Positions 8,102-18,582 are shown, counted from the stretch's first letter. The stretch: DNA of 64,000 nucleotides from Candidatus Anaeroferrophillacea bacterium (GCA_016933675.1 JAFGAM010000006.1:2220-66219); one strand, 5' to 3'. Notes: generated by a model not told the origin, from the sequence alone. Program-made: numbers and translations.

Positions 8102-10936
8102 TCACAGCAGTTGTTTGAGCTTGTCCAGCGTCACCAGCGCCTTCAATGGCGTGGTGCGGTCGATATCCATTTTCGCCAGTACGCGGCGCACCTGGTCCAG
8201 GGTGTCGGCGGCACTTGAATCCGGTTCCGGCGGCGGAGCGAATGACGGCAGGAAGCCGGTTGCCGTCGGGGGCCCGGCGGTAACGCCGACACCGCCCGTC
8301 TCCGGCCGTTGTACCTCATTATTGCTGCCGCTGTCCGGTGACGCCGGCGACAAAATTACTGTGCCGTTGTGATCGCCGACCGCCGCGGTATTCCCGCCGT
8401 CTCTACCAGGGTTTTTGCCACCGCTTCGTCCCGCCGGCCGCGGCGCGCAGTCGGCGGAGCACTCAGCCTGCTCGAGATTGCCCAGAATCTCCCGCGCCCG
8501 GGTCAGCACTCCGGGCGGCAGCCCCGCCATTCTCGCCACTTCGATGCCGTAGCTGCGGTTGGTCGCTCCGGGCAGGACCTGCCGCAGGAAGACCACCGTA
8601 TCCTCCAGTTGCTTCACCGCGACGTTGTAATTTCTTATCCGCTGCCGGATGGCGGAAAGTTCCGTCAGCTCGTGGTAGTGGGTGGCGAAGAGGGTTAGGC
8701 TGCCGATGACGTCGTGGATGTGTTCGGCCACCGCCCAGGCGATGCTCACCCCGTCGAAGGTGCTGGTGCCCCGGCCGATCTCGTCGAGGATGATAAGGCT
8801 GTTGTCGCTGGCGTGGTTGAGGATGTGGGCCGTCTCGGTCATCTCCACCATGAAGGTGGAGAGGCCGCGGCTGAGGTTGTCGGATGCTCCCACCCGGGTG
8901 AAGATGCGGTCGAAAACCGGTAGCTCGGCCTCGCTGGCGGGGACGAAGCTGCCGATCTGGGCCAGCAGGGCGATGAGCCCCACCTGGCGCAGGAAGGTCG
9001 ATTTACCCGCCATGTTGGGGCCGGTGACGATCCACATCTGTTCGTTTTCGCCGTCCAGGCGGCAGTCGTTGGGGATGAAGCGCTCGTCCGGCTGCAGCGC
9101 CTCCACCACTGGATGGCGGCCGTCGCCGATGAAAAGCCGTCGCCGGTCGGTCATCGTCGGCCGGCAGTAGCGCTGTTCGTCGGCGAGATCGGCGTGACTC
9201 AGCAGGACGTCCAGCCGCGCCAGCCGCCGGGCGTTTTCCTGGATCGCCTCGAGAAATCCCGTCGCCGCTTCCCGCAGTTCCGTGAAGAGCTCGTATTCCA
9301 GTGTTTGAATCTTCTCCTGGGCGCCAAGGATCTTCTCCTCCAACTCCTTGAGCCGCGGGGTAATGTAGCGGTCGGCGTTGCTGAGCGTCTGCTTGCGCAG
9401 GTAGTCGTCCGGTACCAGCTCCCGGTTTCGGTGGGTTATCTCGATGTAGTAACCGAAGACGCGGTTGAAGCGGATCTTGAGCCCGTTGATGCCGGTGCGC
9501 TCCTTTTCCTCCCGTTCCATGGTGAGGATCCAGTTGTGCCCCTCGGCCCGGGCGCGGCGCAGTTCGTCGAGATGCGTATCGACACCGCCGGCGATGAGGC
9601 CGCCCTCGGTAAGTGCCAGCGGTGGTTCCTCGGCGAGGGTGGCGGTGAGCCTGCAAGTCAGGATTTCGATGGCGTCGAGGCCGGCAGCCAGTTCCGCCAG
9701 CAGCGGCGGCAGTTCTTCAAGTTTGCCGATCTCGCCGATTACCCGGGGAATCAGGGTCAGGGTGTCGGCCAGGCTCAGGAGGTCGCGGGCGTTGGCGCTG
9801 CGGCCGGCAAGCCGACTTGCCAAGCGTTCGAGATCATGCACGCCGTCCAGCAGGCGCCGTAGCGCTTCCCGTGTCCCGCGGCCGGCCACCAGGGCGGCCA
9901 CGGCGTCCAGCCGCCGGTCAATGGCGCCACGGTCAAGCAACGGATAGAGCAGCTGTGATTTCAGTCGCCGGCTGCCCATGGCGGTGCGGCAGCGGTCCAG
10001 CACCCCGAAGAGGCTGCCGCGCTTGCCGCCCTGCTGCATGGTGGTGAGCAGTTCGAGATTCTGGATGGTGCCGGCATCGAGCTGCATGAAGCTGTCGAGA
10101 CGGTAGGTGGTAAGCCGGGCGATGTGGTCCAGCGGCCGGCCGGCCTGGGTTTCCTGGACGTAGCCCAGCGCCGCGCCGGCGGCGGCGGTGGCGGCGGGCA
10201 GGTCGCGACAGCCGTAGCCATCGAGGTTCAGGGTGCCGAAATGGGTGCACAGGCGTGCCGCTGCCGGGCCCGGAGAGAACAGGGCGCTTTCACTTTTCAC
10301 CGTGAGGTGCAGCCCCGGCAGGACGGCGACGATGCGCTGTTTCCATTCGGCGTCGACGTCGCGCTCGGAAAGTAGCAGCTCCCGGGGCGCGAGGCGGGTA
10401 AGCTCCGCCAGCAGGAGCTCGATGGCGGCGGTTTCGGTGACGCGGAAGTCGCCGGTGGTGGCTTCGAGCCCGGCGATGCCGAAGGTGTCCTTGCGGCGGG
10501 TGACGCAGACCAGGTAGTTGTAGCGGTCGGCGGCGACGGTGTCCTGTTCGAGGGTGACGCCGGGGGTGACGATTTTGGTCACCTCGCGTTTCACCAGGCC
10601 TTTCGCGGTTTGCGGGTCTTCCACCTGGTCGCAGACCGCCACCTTGCGGCCGGCGGCGATGAGTTTCGCCAGGTAATCGGCGGCGGCGTGGTAGGGCACG
10701 CCGCACATGGGGATGGGCTCGTCCTCCTTCTTGTTGCGGCTGGTGAGGGTGATCTTGAGAATGCGCGCCGCTTCGACGGCATCGTCAAAGAACATCTCGT
10801 AGAAGTCGCCCATGCGGTAGAAGAGAATCGTGTCCGGGTGCCGGCGCTTGATCCCCAGGTACTGGCGCAGCATGGGCGTCAGCTTGCCGCCGTAGGTATC
10901 ACTGCCGGTGCGGTTGGTGGGGTTGCCGGGGGACAT
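8102..10936 (-). CDS. mutS: DNA mismatch repair protein MutS
   Basis: TPMLRQY N-terminus, GPNMAGKST Walker A, and DEIGRGTST. A long low-complexity linker precedes the C-terminal dimerisation helix. Confidence 0.97.
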   Translation of the reverse strand: MSPGNPTNRTGSDTYGGKLTPMLRQYLGIKRRHPDTILFYRMGDFYEMFFDDAVEAARILKITLTSRNKKEDEPIPMCGVPYHAAADYLAKLIAAGRKVAVCDQVEDPQTAKGLVKREVTKIVTPGVTLEQDTVAADRYNYLVCVTRRKDTFGIAGLEATTGDFRVTETAAIELLLAELTRLAPRELLLSERDVDAEWKQRIVAVLPGLHLTVKSESALFSPGPAAARLCTHFGTLNLDGYGCRDLPAATAAAGAALGYVQETQAGRPLDHIARLTTYRLDSFMQLDAGTIQNLELLTTMQQGGKRGSLFGVLDRCRTAMGSRRLKSQLLYPLLDRGAIDRRLDAVAALVAGRGTREALRRLLDGVHDLERLASRLAGRSANARDLLSLADTLTLIPRVIGEIGKLEELPPLLAELAAGLDAIEILTCRLTATLAEEPPLALTEGGLIAGGVDTHLDELRRARAEGHNWILTMEREEKERTGINGLKIRFNRVFGYYIEITHRNRELVPDDYLRKQTLSNADRYITPRLKELEEKILGAQEKIQTLEYELFTELREAATGFLEAIQENARRLARLDVLLSHADLADEQRYCRPTMTDRRRLFIGDGRHPVVEALQPDERFIPNDCRLDGENEQMWIVTGPNMAGKSTFLRQVGLIALLAQIGSFVPASEAELPVFDRIFTRVGASDNLSRGLSTFMVEMTETAHILNHASDNSLIILDEIGRGTSTFDGVSIAWAVAEHIHDVIGSLTLFATHYHELTELSAIRQRIRNYNVAVKQLEDTVVFLRQVLPGATNRSYGIEVARMAGLPPGVLTRAREILGNLEQAECSADCAPRPAGRSGGKNPGRDGGNTAAVGDHNGTVILSPASPDSGSNNEVQRPETGGVGVTAGPPTATGFLPSFAPPPEPDSSAADTLDQVRRVLAKMDIDRTTPLKALVTLDKLKQLL

Positions 10937-11030
10937 GATGGTCGGTTCCTCGTTGCCGTGCGGCCGGGTGGAAATCGCGATGGCTGGAGCCGGGCCGCGC
11001 CCGCCGCGGCTGCCGGTGCCGAATGGAAAA

Positions 11031-12260
11031 TCAGGTGGTTGATTGTCGGGTGGCGGAGCTATCCGGGTTGGAGTCGCCGCCGCCGGTCGGAACTCCCTGT
11101 GGGGTCGCTGCCGTCCAGGTGAACGAACCGTGCCGTTTTCCCTGCCGCCAGATCAAGTCGGCCGTGGGCCGGTCCTTTGCCCGGCTGTGGGCCATGACCA
11201 GTCGGGCCGCGGCGGTCACCAGGGGGGCGATAGTGATCTCCACAGCGGCCTCCGGGGAGTGGGCCGTCACCGGTCCGGTTTCCGCGGCGGGTTTTCCCGT
11301 CGGTTCCGTTCCTGCCCCGGTTCCGGGCGCACCCCCGGGCTTGACGTCGCCTTGCTCGGCGGCTGCGGCCGCCGGCGTTCCGGTGAGAACGATGGCCGCC
11401 AGCGGTCCCGGCAGATCGGCGAGGCGCAGTTGCCGGACGCGGTCGTCGGCCAGGGCTTCGAGCCGCTGGTTGTCGCTGCGGTTGCGCCCGATGATGACGA
11501 AGCCTGCCGGCATGAAGGAGTGGAAGCGGCCGCATTTGAGCAGTTCGATTTCCACCGCCGCCGGTACCCGGCCGCCGGTGTACAGTTCGCGGACCCGGTC
11601 CGCGAAGGCCGGGTCGGTAAGCAGGCAGCCGCCGGCGGGGGTGGGGTATTCCGTGACCCCCCACTGTTCGGCCAGTTCCATCTGCGCCTTGCGGCCGCGG
11701 CCGCTGAAACCGAAGAGCTGTTCACGGTTGATGAAGCCGCTTTTCTCCATCTCGGTTTCCGGCAGCAGCAGGGCCGAGAGCGGCCGCAGGAGGAACCCCT
11801 CGGTGCCCGAATCGCGCTCGATGATGCGCATGGTGTCGCGCCGCTGGGAGAAGGGCCGTTGACCCAGTACCTCGCCGGTGACGATACCGCGGGCGCCCCA
11901 CGCGGCCGCCATGGCCCGGGCCGCGGCGAGCATCATCAGCTTGCAGTCGACGCAGGGGTTGAAATGCCTGCCGCGGCCGTGCGGCGGGTCTGCCAGCATC
12001 TCGAGAAACGGCGTGGTGAGGTCGGCGATGACCATGGGGATGCCGTACTGTTTCCGGATGTGGGCACAGAGGTGGGCTTCGCGACCGCCGCCATCGAAGA
12101 AGGGGGTGATGAAATGTACCGCCTGGACGCTGAGCCCCTGACGCTGGATCGCCTGCGCCGCGAGGATGCTGTCCAGGCCACTGGAAAAGAGGGCGATAAT
12201 GTCGGGCCGTGCGATCGGGGTGCCGAAGATCGGCGGGATGGAACGGGAAATGTCAGTCAT
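11031..12260 (-). CDS. PP-loop ATPase (adenine-nucleotide alpha-hydrolase superfamily, thiouridylase/ThiI-like) with Ala/Pro-rich linker and extra C-terminal domain
   Basis: SSGLDS PP-loop and a NPCVDCK motif. Start taken at the ATG at 12260, which forms an ATGA overlap with tsaC. The ORF-track N-terminus (Arg/Pro-rich) was rejected. Confidence 0.7.
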   Translation of the reverse strand: MTDISRSIPPIFGTPIARPDIIALFSSGLDSILAAQAIQRQGLSVQAVHFITPFFDGGGREAHLCAHIRKQYGIPMVIADLTTPFLEMLADPPHGRGRHFNPCVDCKLMMLAAARAMAAAWGARGIVTGEVLGQRPFSQRRDTMRIIERDSGTEGFLLRPLSALLLPETEMEKSGFINREQLFGFSGRGRKAQMELAEQWGVTEYPTPAGGCLLTDPAFADRVRELYTGGRVPAAVEIELLKCGRFHSFMPAGFVIIGRNRSDNQRLEALADDRVRQLRLADLPGPLAAIVLTGTPAAAAAEQGDVKPGGAPGTGAGTEPTGKPAAETGPVTAHSPEAAVEITIAPLVTAAARLVMAHSRAKDRPTADLIWRQGKRHGSFTWTAATPQGVPTGGGDSNPDSSATRQSTT

Positions 12261-12871
12261 AGAAGTATATCCACCGCTCCCCGGCGCAATATCCGGGGCG
12301 GATCGACGGTGACGTCCAGCAGGGTTGACGGTCTTCCGGCGGCACATGGGCCGCCGTCGATGATGATGTCCGCCCGTTGCTTCAGGGTTTCGGGGACCGT
12401 GGCGAAATCGGCCGGCGGCGGGTCGCCGCTGAGATTGGCGCTGGTGGCGATGAGCGGCCTTCCCAGTCGCGCGATGATCCGGCGCAGCAGCGGGTGGGGC
12501 GAGAACCGCACGGCGACGGTGTCGGCACCGCTGCGGCAGCCGGGCGGCAGCTCCGGTCGGGCCCAAAAAACCAGGGTCAGGGCGCCGGGCCAGAAACGGC
12601 CAATCAATGAGCGTGCCGCCGGCGAAATCTCCGCCGCCAGGGTTTCCAGCATCGCCGTCGAGGATACCAGCACTGGAAATGGCTTGCCCGGGTCGCGCCC
12701 CTTGAGCGCGAACAGCCGGGTGATGACCGCCGGGTCGGTGGCGATGCCGCCGATGCCGTATACCGTTTCGGTCGGGAACACGCCGATGCCGCCGGCGCCG
12801 AGCACGGCGGCGATGCGGGCTTCGGCGCCGCATTCGTTGTCAGGGGGAAGATGCCAGGTAATGACGGTCAT
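12257..12871 (-). CDS. tsaC: L-threonylcarbamoyladenylate synthase (YrdC/TsaC type)
   Basis: VFPTETVYGIGG and ATSANLSG motifs. Length of 204 aa fits the short TsaC form. Confidence 0.85.
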   Translation of the reverse strand: MTVITWHLPPDNECGAEARIAAVLGAGGIGVFPTETVYGIGGIATDPAVITRLFALKGRDPGKPFPVLVSSTAMLETLAAEISPAARSLIGRFWPGALTLVFWARPELPPGCRSGADTVAVRFSPHPLLRRIIARLGRPLIATSANLSGDPPPADFATVPETLKQRADIIIDGGPCAAGRPSTLLDVTVDPPRILRRGAVDILL

Positions 12872-13049
12872 GAACTTTCGGGCACTCGATGGCCCGGTAA
12901 CCATCGGCCATCCCTTTCCTTGGGCGGTCACCCGCGTTACCGCGGCGTCGGGTAACGCCGGATTTTCCCGGTGCCGGGTGCTGCGGGTCCGCAGCGCTGG
13001 TGCGGTGCCATGCCGGGGAGCCGGAGCAGCGGTTCCCGCGACTCCGGTG

Positions 13050-13571
13050 CTATGCCAACCGCTGTTCCTGCAGGCGCCGGTCCTTGTCTGCCACCTTCGC
13101 CGCCATGCCGCGGCGATGATCGCCCAGTTTCGCCGCCAGGTCCGGGTTGCCGAGGGCGATAATCTGCACCGCCAGCAGGGCGGCGTTGGCCGCCCCGGCG
13201 GCGCCTACGGCCACCGTGGCGACGGGGATGCCGGCGGGCATCTGGACCGTCGAGAGCAGGGCATCGAGGCCGCCGAGCGAGGTGGCATTCAACGGTACGC
13301 CGATCACCGGCAGCACCGTGTGCGCCGCTACCACCCCCGCCAGATGGGCGGCGGCGCCGGCCCCGGCGATGATTACCTGGCAACCGTCATGTTCCGCCTG
13401 ATGGACGATTTCCACCGTGCGCTCCGGCGTCCGATGGGCCGAGGTGACGTGTACCCGGTGGGTGATGCCGAATTCTTCCAGCTGGCGGCCGGCCGCGACC
13501 ATGACCTCCCAGTCGGAGTCGCTGCCCATGATGACCAGTACCTGGATGGATTTCTGTCCGTGGGTTTCCAT
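13050..13571 (-). CDS. purE: 5-(carboxyamino)imidazole ribonucleotide mutase PurE
   Basis: [11 protein letters not shown] and [11 protein letters not shown] motifs. Start at the ATG at 13571. Confidence 0.95.
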   Translation of the reverse strand: METHGQKSIQVLVIMGSDSDWEVMVAAGRQLEEFGITHRVHVTSAHRTPERTVEIVHQAEHDGCQVIIAGAGAAAHLAGVVAAHTVLPVIGVPLNATSLGGLDALLSTVQMPAGIPVATVAVGAAGAANAALLAVQIIALGNPDLAAKLGDHRRGMAAKVADKDRRLQEQRLA

Positions 13572-13591
13572 GTTCCTTCTCTGGTGGCCTC

Positions 13592-13700
13592 GTGACAACT
13601 CCGGCTTCTTCGTTGCGCAGCAAGCCGGGTTGTTCGACCTCCGGTGACACCGCCTTCCTCAGTAAGGAAGCGCCTTGAATCCGGAGCTGCCGCGGTGCCA
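13592..13700 (+). repeat. intergenic mosaic repeat, short form (R4)
   Basis: GTGACAACTCCGGCTTCTTCGTTGC...TCCGGTGACACCGCCTTCCTCAG...GCGCCTTGAATCCGGAGCTGCCGCGGTGCC. It starts 20 nt from the purE start codon. Confidence 0.7.
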
Positions 13701-13881
13701 CCCGCCATTGGCTCGTTGGGGTAGATTTTTCTGCCACCATCGCCGGCGGAATCGACAATGCCGATGCCGATTCCGATTCCGGTTCAACCGCCGCGGCCGG
13801 CCGGCAGATGCCTGCCGGTACGGATGCCGGGACGGTGCGAACCGTCTTCCGGCCCCCGGTATGGTCAAACCGCGGTTCCGG

Positions 13882-15177
13882 TCAGATCGTCCGTGACGAC
13901 AGCCGTTTCAGCGCCTTTTTGCCGATGTCGCTGCGGTACTGGGCTCCGGGCCAGGAGATCCGGTGTGCCGCCTTGTAGCAGCGGTCGATGGCCAGGGGGA
14001 TGGTGTCATCGATGGCGGTGACGCCGAGCACCCGGCCGCCGCTGGTGACCACGGTTCCCGGTTCCTTGCCCGCCGCGGTGCCGGCGTGAAAAACGGTTAC
14101 GTCGTCGACCTTTGCCGCCGCGTCGAGCCCCTTGATGACCCTGCCTTTTTCGTATGGGCCGGGATAGCCTTCGGAAGCCATGACGACGCAGACCGACGGG
14201 CGATCATCCCAGGAGATCATGGTTTTCGCCAGGTGGCCGGTGACGCAGGCATCGAGGATGGGAACCAGGTCGCTCTTCAGCCGCATCAGCAGCGGCTGGG
14301 TCTCGGGGTCGCCGAAGCGGGCGTTGAACTCCAGCACCCGGGGCATTCCCTCCCGGATCATCAGCCCGGCGTAGAGGACGCCGCGGTATTTCCGCCCTTC
14401 GGTTGCCATCGCCTTGACGATGGGGATCATGATGTCGTTCATGATGCGCCGGAAGAGTCCGTCGGTGATTACCGGCGCCGGTGAATAGGCACCCATGCCG
14501 CCGGTGTTGGGGCCCTCGTCGTCGTCGAAGATCGGTTTGTGGTCCTGGGAGGTGACCATCGGCATGACGATATCGCCGTCGGTGAAGACGAGGAAAGATG
14601 CCTCCTCGCCTTCGAGATACTCTTCGATGATCAATTCGTCTCCGGCGGCGCCGAATTCACGCTTGCGCATGATGCGATAGACGGCCCGTTCCGCCTCCTC
14701 GATGGTCCGGGCCACCACCACCCCCTTGCCGGCGGCGAGGCCGTTGGCCTTGACGACGATGGGCGCCCCCTTTTTGTAAATGTGTTCCACCGCGTCGTCG
14801 ATGGAATCGAAGGTGGCGAAATGCCCGCTGGGGATGTCGTACTTCTGCATCAGTTCCTTGCAGAAGCGCTTGCTGCCCTCGATCTCCGCCGCCGCCTTCG
14901 AGGGGCCGAAGATCTTCAAGCCGGCGTCGATGAAGCGGTCGACGATGCCGTTGACCAGCGGTTCCTCGGGACCAACCACGGTAAGGTCGATTCCCTCCCT
15001 GGCGGCGAACTCCAGCAGCGCATCGATGTCATTGGCGGCGATAGGAACGCATTCCGCCAGCCGGGCGATACCGGCGTTACCCGGGGCACAGTAGATTTTT
15101 GCCACCTTGTTGCTCTGGGCGATCTTCCAGACCAGGGCGTGTTCGCGCCCGCCGCCGCCGATTACCAGTATCTTCAT
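13882..15177 (-). CDS. purD: phosphoribosylamine--glycine ligase PurD
   Basis: MKILVIGGGGREHAL start and an ATP-grasp core. 431 aa. Confidence 0.97.
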   Translation of the reverse strand: MKILVIGGGGREHALVWKIAQSNKVAKIYCAPGNAGIARLAECVPIAANDIDALLEFAAREGIDLTVVGPEEPLVNGIVDRFIDAGLKIFGPSKAAAEIEGSKRFCKELMQKYDIPSGHFATFDSIDDAVEHIYKKGAPIVVKANGLAAGKGVVVARTIEEAERAVYRIMRKREFGAAGDELIIEEYLEGEEASFLVFTDGDIVMPMVTSQDHKPIFDDDEGPNTGGMGAYSPAPVITDGLFRRIMNDIMIPIVKAMATEGRKYRGVLYAGLMIREGMPRVLEFNARFGDPETQPLLMRLKSDLVPILDACVTGHLAKTMISWDDRPSVCVVMASEGYPGPYEKGRVIKGLDAAAKVDDVTVFHAGTAAGKEPGTVVTSGGRVLGVTAIDDTIPLAIDRCYKAAHRISWPGAQYRSDIGKKALKRLSSRTI

Positions 15178-15217
15178 AGGGCCTCGTCGTCACTCCTGAG
15201 TTCTGAATTCTCCAAAA

Positions 15218-16795
15218 TCAATGTTTGAAATGGCGGTTTCCGGTAAACACCATCGCCATGTTATGCTCGTCGGCGGCGGCGACGGCCTCGTCGTCCCGGG
15301 CCGAACCGCCCGGCTGGATGATCGCTGTGGCGCCGGCTTTGGCCGCCTCGTCGACGCCGTCGCGGAAGGGGAAGAAGGCGTCCGAGCCCACCACCGTGCC
15401 GGCGGTGCTGCTCTGGGCCTTCATGACCGCGATCTGTACCGAATCCACCCGGCTCATCTGTCCGGCGCCGACGCCCACCAGCCCGTGGTCACGGGCCAAA
15501 ACGATGGCGTTGGACTTGACGTGCTTGCAGACCTTCCAGGCGAACAGCAGGTCGGCCATCTCTCTCTCGTCAGGTGTCCGTTTCGTCGCCACCCGCCACT
15601 CCGCCGGCGGCGTCAGGAGCAGGTCGCGCTCCTGTACCAGCAGGCCGCCGCTGACCTTCTTGAATTCAAAGCCGCCGCGCCGGGCGTTTTCCATCGCCGG
15701 CGGCCGCAGCAGCCGCAACGCCGCCTTCGCGGCGAGAATCTCCCGGGCCTCCGGGGTGAACTCGGGGGCGATGACCGCTTCGAGGAAGGTTTCCGCCAGC
15801 TCGCGGGCGGTTTCGGCATCCACCGCAACGTTCATCGCGACGATGCCGCCGAAGGCCGAGACCGGGTCGCAGGCCCGTGCCCGGCGGTAGGCGTCGGCGA
15901 TGTTCCGGGTTGCGGCCGCGGCCGCGCCGCAGGGGTTGTTGTGCTTGATGACCACCGCCGTCGGCAGGCTGAACTCCTGCACCAGCTCCCAGGCGGCGTG
16001 GGCATCGAGGATATTGTTGAAGGACAGTTCCTTGCCCTGGAGCTGCTCGGCATTGCCGAGTCCGGCCTCGGTCACCGTCACGTCACGGTAGAAGGCGGCA
16101 CGCTGGTGCGGGTTCTCGCCGTAACGCAGATCCTGCGCCTTGATCCCCTGGAAGGTAAAGGTTTCGGGGAACAGGATCCGGTCCGGGGCCGGTGCGCCGG
16201 CGGCCGGGAAGGTGCCGAGGTAATTGGAGATTGCCGCGTCGTAGCGCGCCGTGGCCTGGAACACCTTGCGCGCGAGGCGGAAATTGGTCGCCGGCGACAC
16301 CGCGCCGTTGGCCTGTTTCATTTCGGCGACCAGCGGTTCGTAGTCTGCCGGATCGATGACCACGGTGACGTCGGAATAATTCTTCGCCGCCGAACGCAGC
16401 ATCGTCGGGCCGCCGATATCGATGTTCTCGATCGCATCCGCGAAGGTGCTGTCGGCGCGGGCGACGGTGGCCTCGAAGGGGTAGAGGTTGACCACCACCA
16501 GGTCGATGGGCTCGATGCCGTGGGCGGCCATCTTCTCCACGTGTGCCGGCAGATCGCGGCGTCCCAGCAAGCCGCCGTGGATCTTCGGGTGCAGGGTCTT
16601 GACCCGGCCGTCAAGCATCTCGGGAAAACCGGTGTAGTCGGAGACATCGGTCACCGGGATGCCCTCCGTACGCAGCAGCCGGGCGGTGCCGCCGGTGGAG
16701 AGGATATCGACCTTGAGAGCCGCCAGTTCACGGGCGAACGCGACGATCCCCCGCTTGTCCGAAACGCTGATCAGCGCCTTTCCGATAACCGCCAT
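15218..16795 (-). CDS. purH: bifunctional AICAR transformylase / IMP cyclohydrolase PurH
   Basis: [14 protein letters not shown]-like N-terminus, with a C-terminal ...FTGNRHFKH. Start moved to the ATG at 16795, after GGAGGACC. Confidence 0.97.
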   Translation of the reverse strand: MAVIGKALISVSDKRGIVAFARELAALKVDILSTGGTARLLRTEGIPVTDVSDYTGFPEMLDGRVKTLHPKIHGGLLGRRDLPAHVEKMAAHGIEPIDLVVVNLYPFEATVARADSTFADAIENIDIGGPTMLRSAAKNYSDVTVVIDPADYEPLVAEMKQANGAVSPATNFRLARKVFQATARYDAAISNYLGTFPAAGAPAPDRILFPETFTFQGIKAQDLRYGENPHQRAAFYRDVTVTEAGLGNAEQLQGKELSFNNILDAHAAWELVQEFSLPTAVVIKHNNPCGAAAAATRNIADAYRRARACDPVSAFGGIVAMNVAVDAETARELAETFLEAVIAPEFTPEAREILAAKAALRLLRPPAMENARRGGFEFKKVSGGLLVQERDLLLTPPAEWRVATKRTPDEREMADLLFAWKVCKHVKSNAIVLARDHGLVGVGAGQMSRVDSVQIAVMKAQSSTAGTVVGSDAFFPFRDGVDEAAKAGATAIIQPGGSARDDEAVAAADEHNMAMVFTGNRHFKH

Positions 16796-16819
16796 GATTG
16801 TGGTCCTCCGCCTTACGGT

Positions 16820-16895
16820 CTCATCATGTATGGTTGCCCGTTCCTCGTAAACGAAGCGCCTTGAAACCGCAACGATCGTGATGCGGTCCCGTCCG
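16820..16895 (+). repeat. intergenic repeat, 3'-module fragment (R5)
   Basis: CATCATGTATGGTTGCCCGTTCCTCGTAAACGAAGCGCCTTGAAACCGC matches the middle and 3' blocks of R4 and R8. Confidence 0.5.
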
Positions 16896-17143
16896 GTCAC
16901 AAGGCGGCCGTCCGGCGCGATCCGTCGCCGGGGGGCAATAAACCCTGATTCATAGCCTAATTGCCGGCGAAATGCAAGTCCGGGGCGATGTGCCGCCGCG
17001 GTTTTTTGGCTGCCGCCGCGGCATTGCCGCGATATCTGGTCCGGTTCTTCGTGTCGGCGGCCGGAGCCGAAGTCGAAATGGCTGCATTGACAGCCGGGAA
17101 TCCGCCGGTTATCATGCTATCCATACGCATGGATGATGGCTTC

Positions 17144-17212
17144 ACAACAACTCCATCTTCTTCGTTGCACGGTAACCTGACGTGCAGCGTCCGGTGACGC
17201 CGTTCTCTCCGG
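17144..17212 (+). repeat. intergenic repeat, 5'-module fragment (R6)
   Basis: CACAACAACTCCATCTTCTTCGTTGC...TCCGGTGACGCCGTTCTCTCC matches the 5' half of R4. Confidence 0.65.
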
Positions 17213-17278
17213 GTAAAAGGTTTTTTGTTCCGCGTTTTCCGCGGCTCGTCTGCCGGGGAGGCGCAAAGGAGTGTTGAC

Positions 17279-18292
17279 ATGGAACACGAAGCGATGCTCT
17301 ATCGCCGGCTTGACGGCGGGCGGGTGGAGTGCCGGCTGTGCGCCCATCACTGTCGTATCGCCCCCGGCAAACGGGGGATCTGCGGCGTCCGTGAAAACCG
17401 CGAGGGTACCCTGTTTACCCTGGTGTATGACAAGGTCATCGCCCGGCACGTCGATCCCATCGAGAAGAAACCCCTGTTTCATGTATTGCCGGGCAGCCTG
17501 AGTTATTCCATCGCCACCCCCGGATGTAACTTCCGCTGCCGCCACTGCCAGAATCACGAGATCTCCCAGATGCCGCGTGATACCGGGCGGATCGTCGGCG
17601 AGCCCCACCCGCCGGCGGCCGTGGTCGCCGCCGCCCGTGGTGCCGACTGCGCCAGTATCTCCTGCACCTACACGGAGCCCACGATCTATTTCGAACTCGC
17701 CTTCGACACCGCCCGCCGCGCCCGGGAAGCCGGCCTGCTGAACCTCTTCGTCAGCAACGGTTTCATGTCCGCCGCCGCCGCCGCGACCGTCTCTCCCCTG
17801 CTGGATGCCATCAATATCGACATCAAGGCCTTTACCGAGAAATTCTATCGCGACGTCTGCGGTGCCCGCCTGGCGCCGGTGCTGGAAACCGTCGAGCGGC
17901 TGCACACCGCCGGGGTCTGGATCGAGGTCACCACCCTCATCATTCCCGGTTACAACGACGATCCCGGTGAACTGCGGCAGATCGCCGCGTTCATCGCCGG
18001 CATCTCGGTCGATATGCCCTGGCATGTGACCGGCTTCTATCCGTGCTATAAATTGACCGACGCGCCGCCGACCCCGGTGGCCACCCTCCGGCAGGCGCAA
18101 GAGATCGGTCTCGAGGCCGGGCTGCATTACGTGTACGAGGGCAACCGGCCGGGAGAAGGGGGCGAGAATACCTATTGCCCCGCCTGCGGCGAACTGCTGA
18201 TCGAACGCTCCGGTTTTTCCATTCGTAAAAACCGTCTGCAGGCGGGCGGGACCTGTCGCTGCGGGACCCCGGTCGCGGGGATTTTTCGCTGA
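17279..18292 (+). CDS. amrS: AmmeMemoRadiSam-system-type radical SAM enzyme
   Basis: N-terminal CRLCAHHCRIAPGKRGICGVR and radical-SAM CNFRCRHCQN. Start at the ATG at 17279. Confidence 0.8.
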   Translation: MEHEAMLYRRLDGGRVECRLCAHHCRIAPGKRGICGVRENREGTLFTLVYDKVIARHVDPIEKKPLFHVLPGSLSYSIATPGCNFRCRHCQNHEISQMPRDTGRIVGEPHPPAAVVAAARGADCASISCTYTEPTIYFELAFDTARRAREAGLLNLFVSNGFMSAAAAATVSPLLDAINIDIKAFTEKFYRDVCGARLAPVLETVERLHTAGVWIEVTTLIIPGYNDDPGELRQIAAFIAGISVDMPWHVTGFYPCYKLTDAPPTPVATLRQAQEIGLEAGLHYVYEGNRPGEGGENTYCPACGELLIERSGFSIRKNRLQAGGTCRCGTPVAGIFR

Positions 18293-18582
18293 CCGCGAGG
18301 TTATTGCGGCGGTCTGTGGGAGCCAACAAACGAAAGATCAAAAGAGGAAAAAAATTGCCTTTTTTGATGCATTGTATTATTCTTCGACGTTGTTGACGGT
18401 TTCGTGGCAGATCCGTCCTCATCCTTGCCCCGCGACCCGGCTCGACGCGGCTTGCGGAGATGCCGTATTCATCGGTCGGGGGGCGCCCCGCGATGTCCCG
18501 GTCCCGGAGTGTCGTCACGAAGCCGTCACTGGCTGCATGTCAGCGGTTCTCAGATACACCATGAAGGTTCCATCATGAAAGG

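Noticed and set aside
11043-13595. 850-aa ORF on the + strand. Similar very long ORFs occur at 15221-16864 (+), 20319-21599 (-), 28705-30411 (-), 31094-32311 (-), 50380-52125 (+), 56805-58067 (-), 59297-60535 (-) and 60767-62440 (-).
   Set aside because: Each lies antisense to genes with unmistakable conserved motifs (tsaC/purE, purH, sigma54 activators, ispDF, bioF, argC, ilvB). Their translations are Arg/Gly/Pro/Ala-rich with no recognisable motifs. Long stop-free antisense frames are expected at this GC content.
13755-13785. Short hexanucleotide tandem (GCCGAT GCCGAT TCCGAT TCCGGT) considered as a CRISPR or microsatellite.
   Set aside because: There are only four imperfect 6-nt units with no spacers, so it is not a CRISPR array. 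It is too short to call a functional microsatellite.
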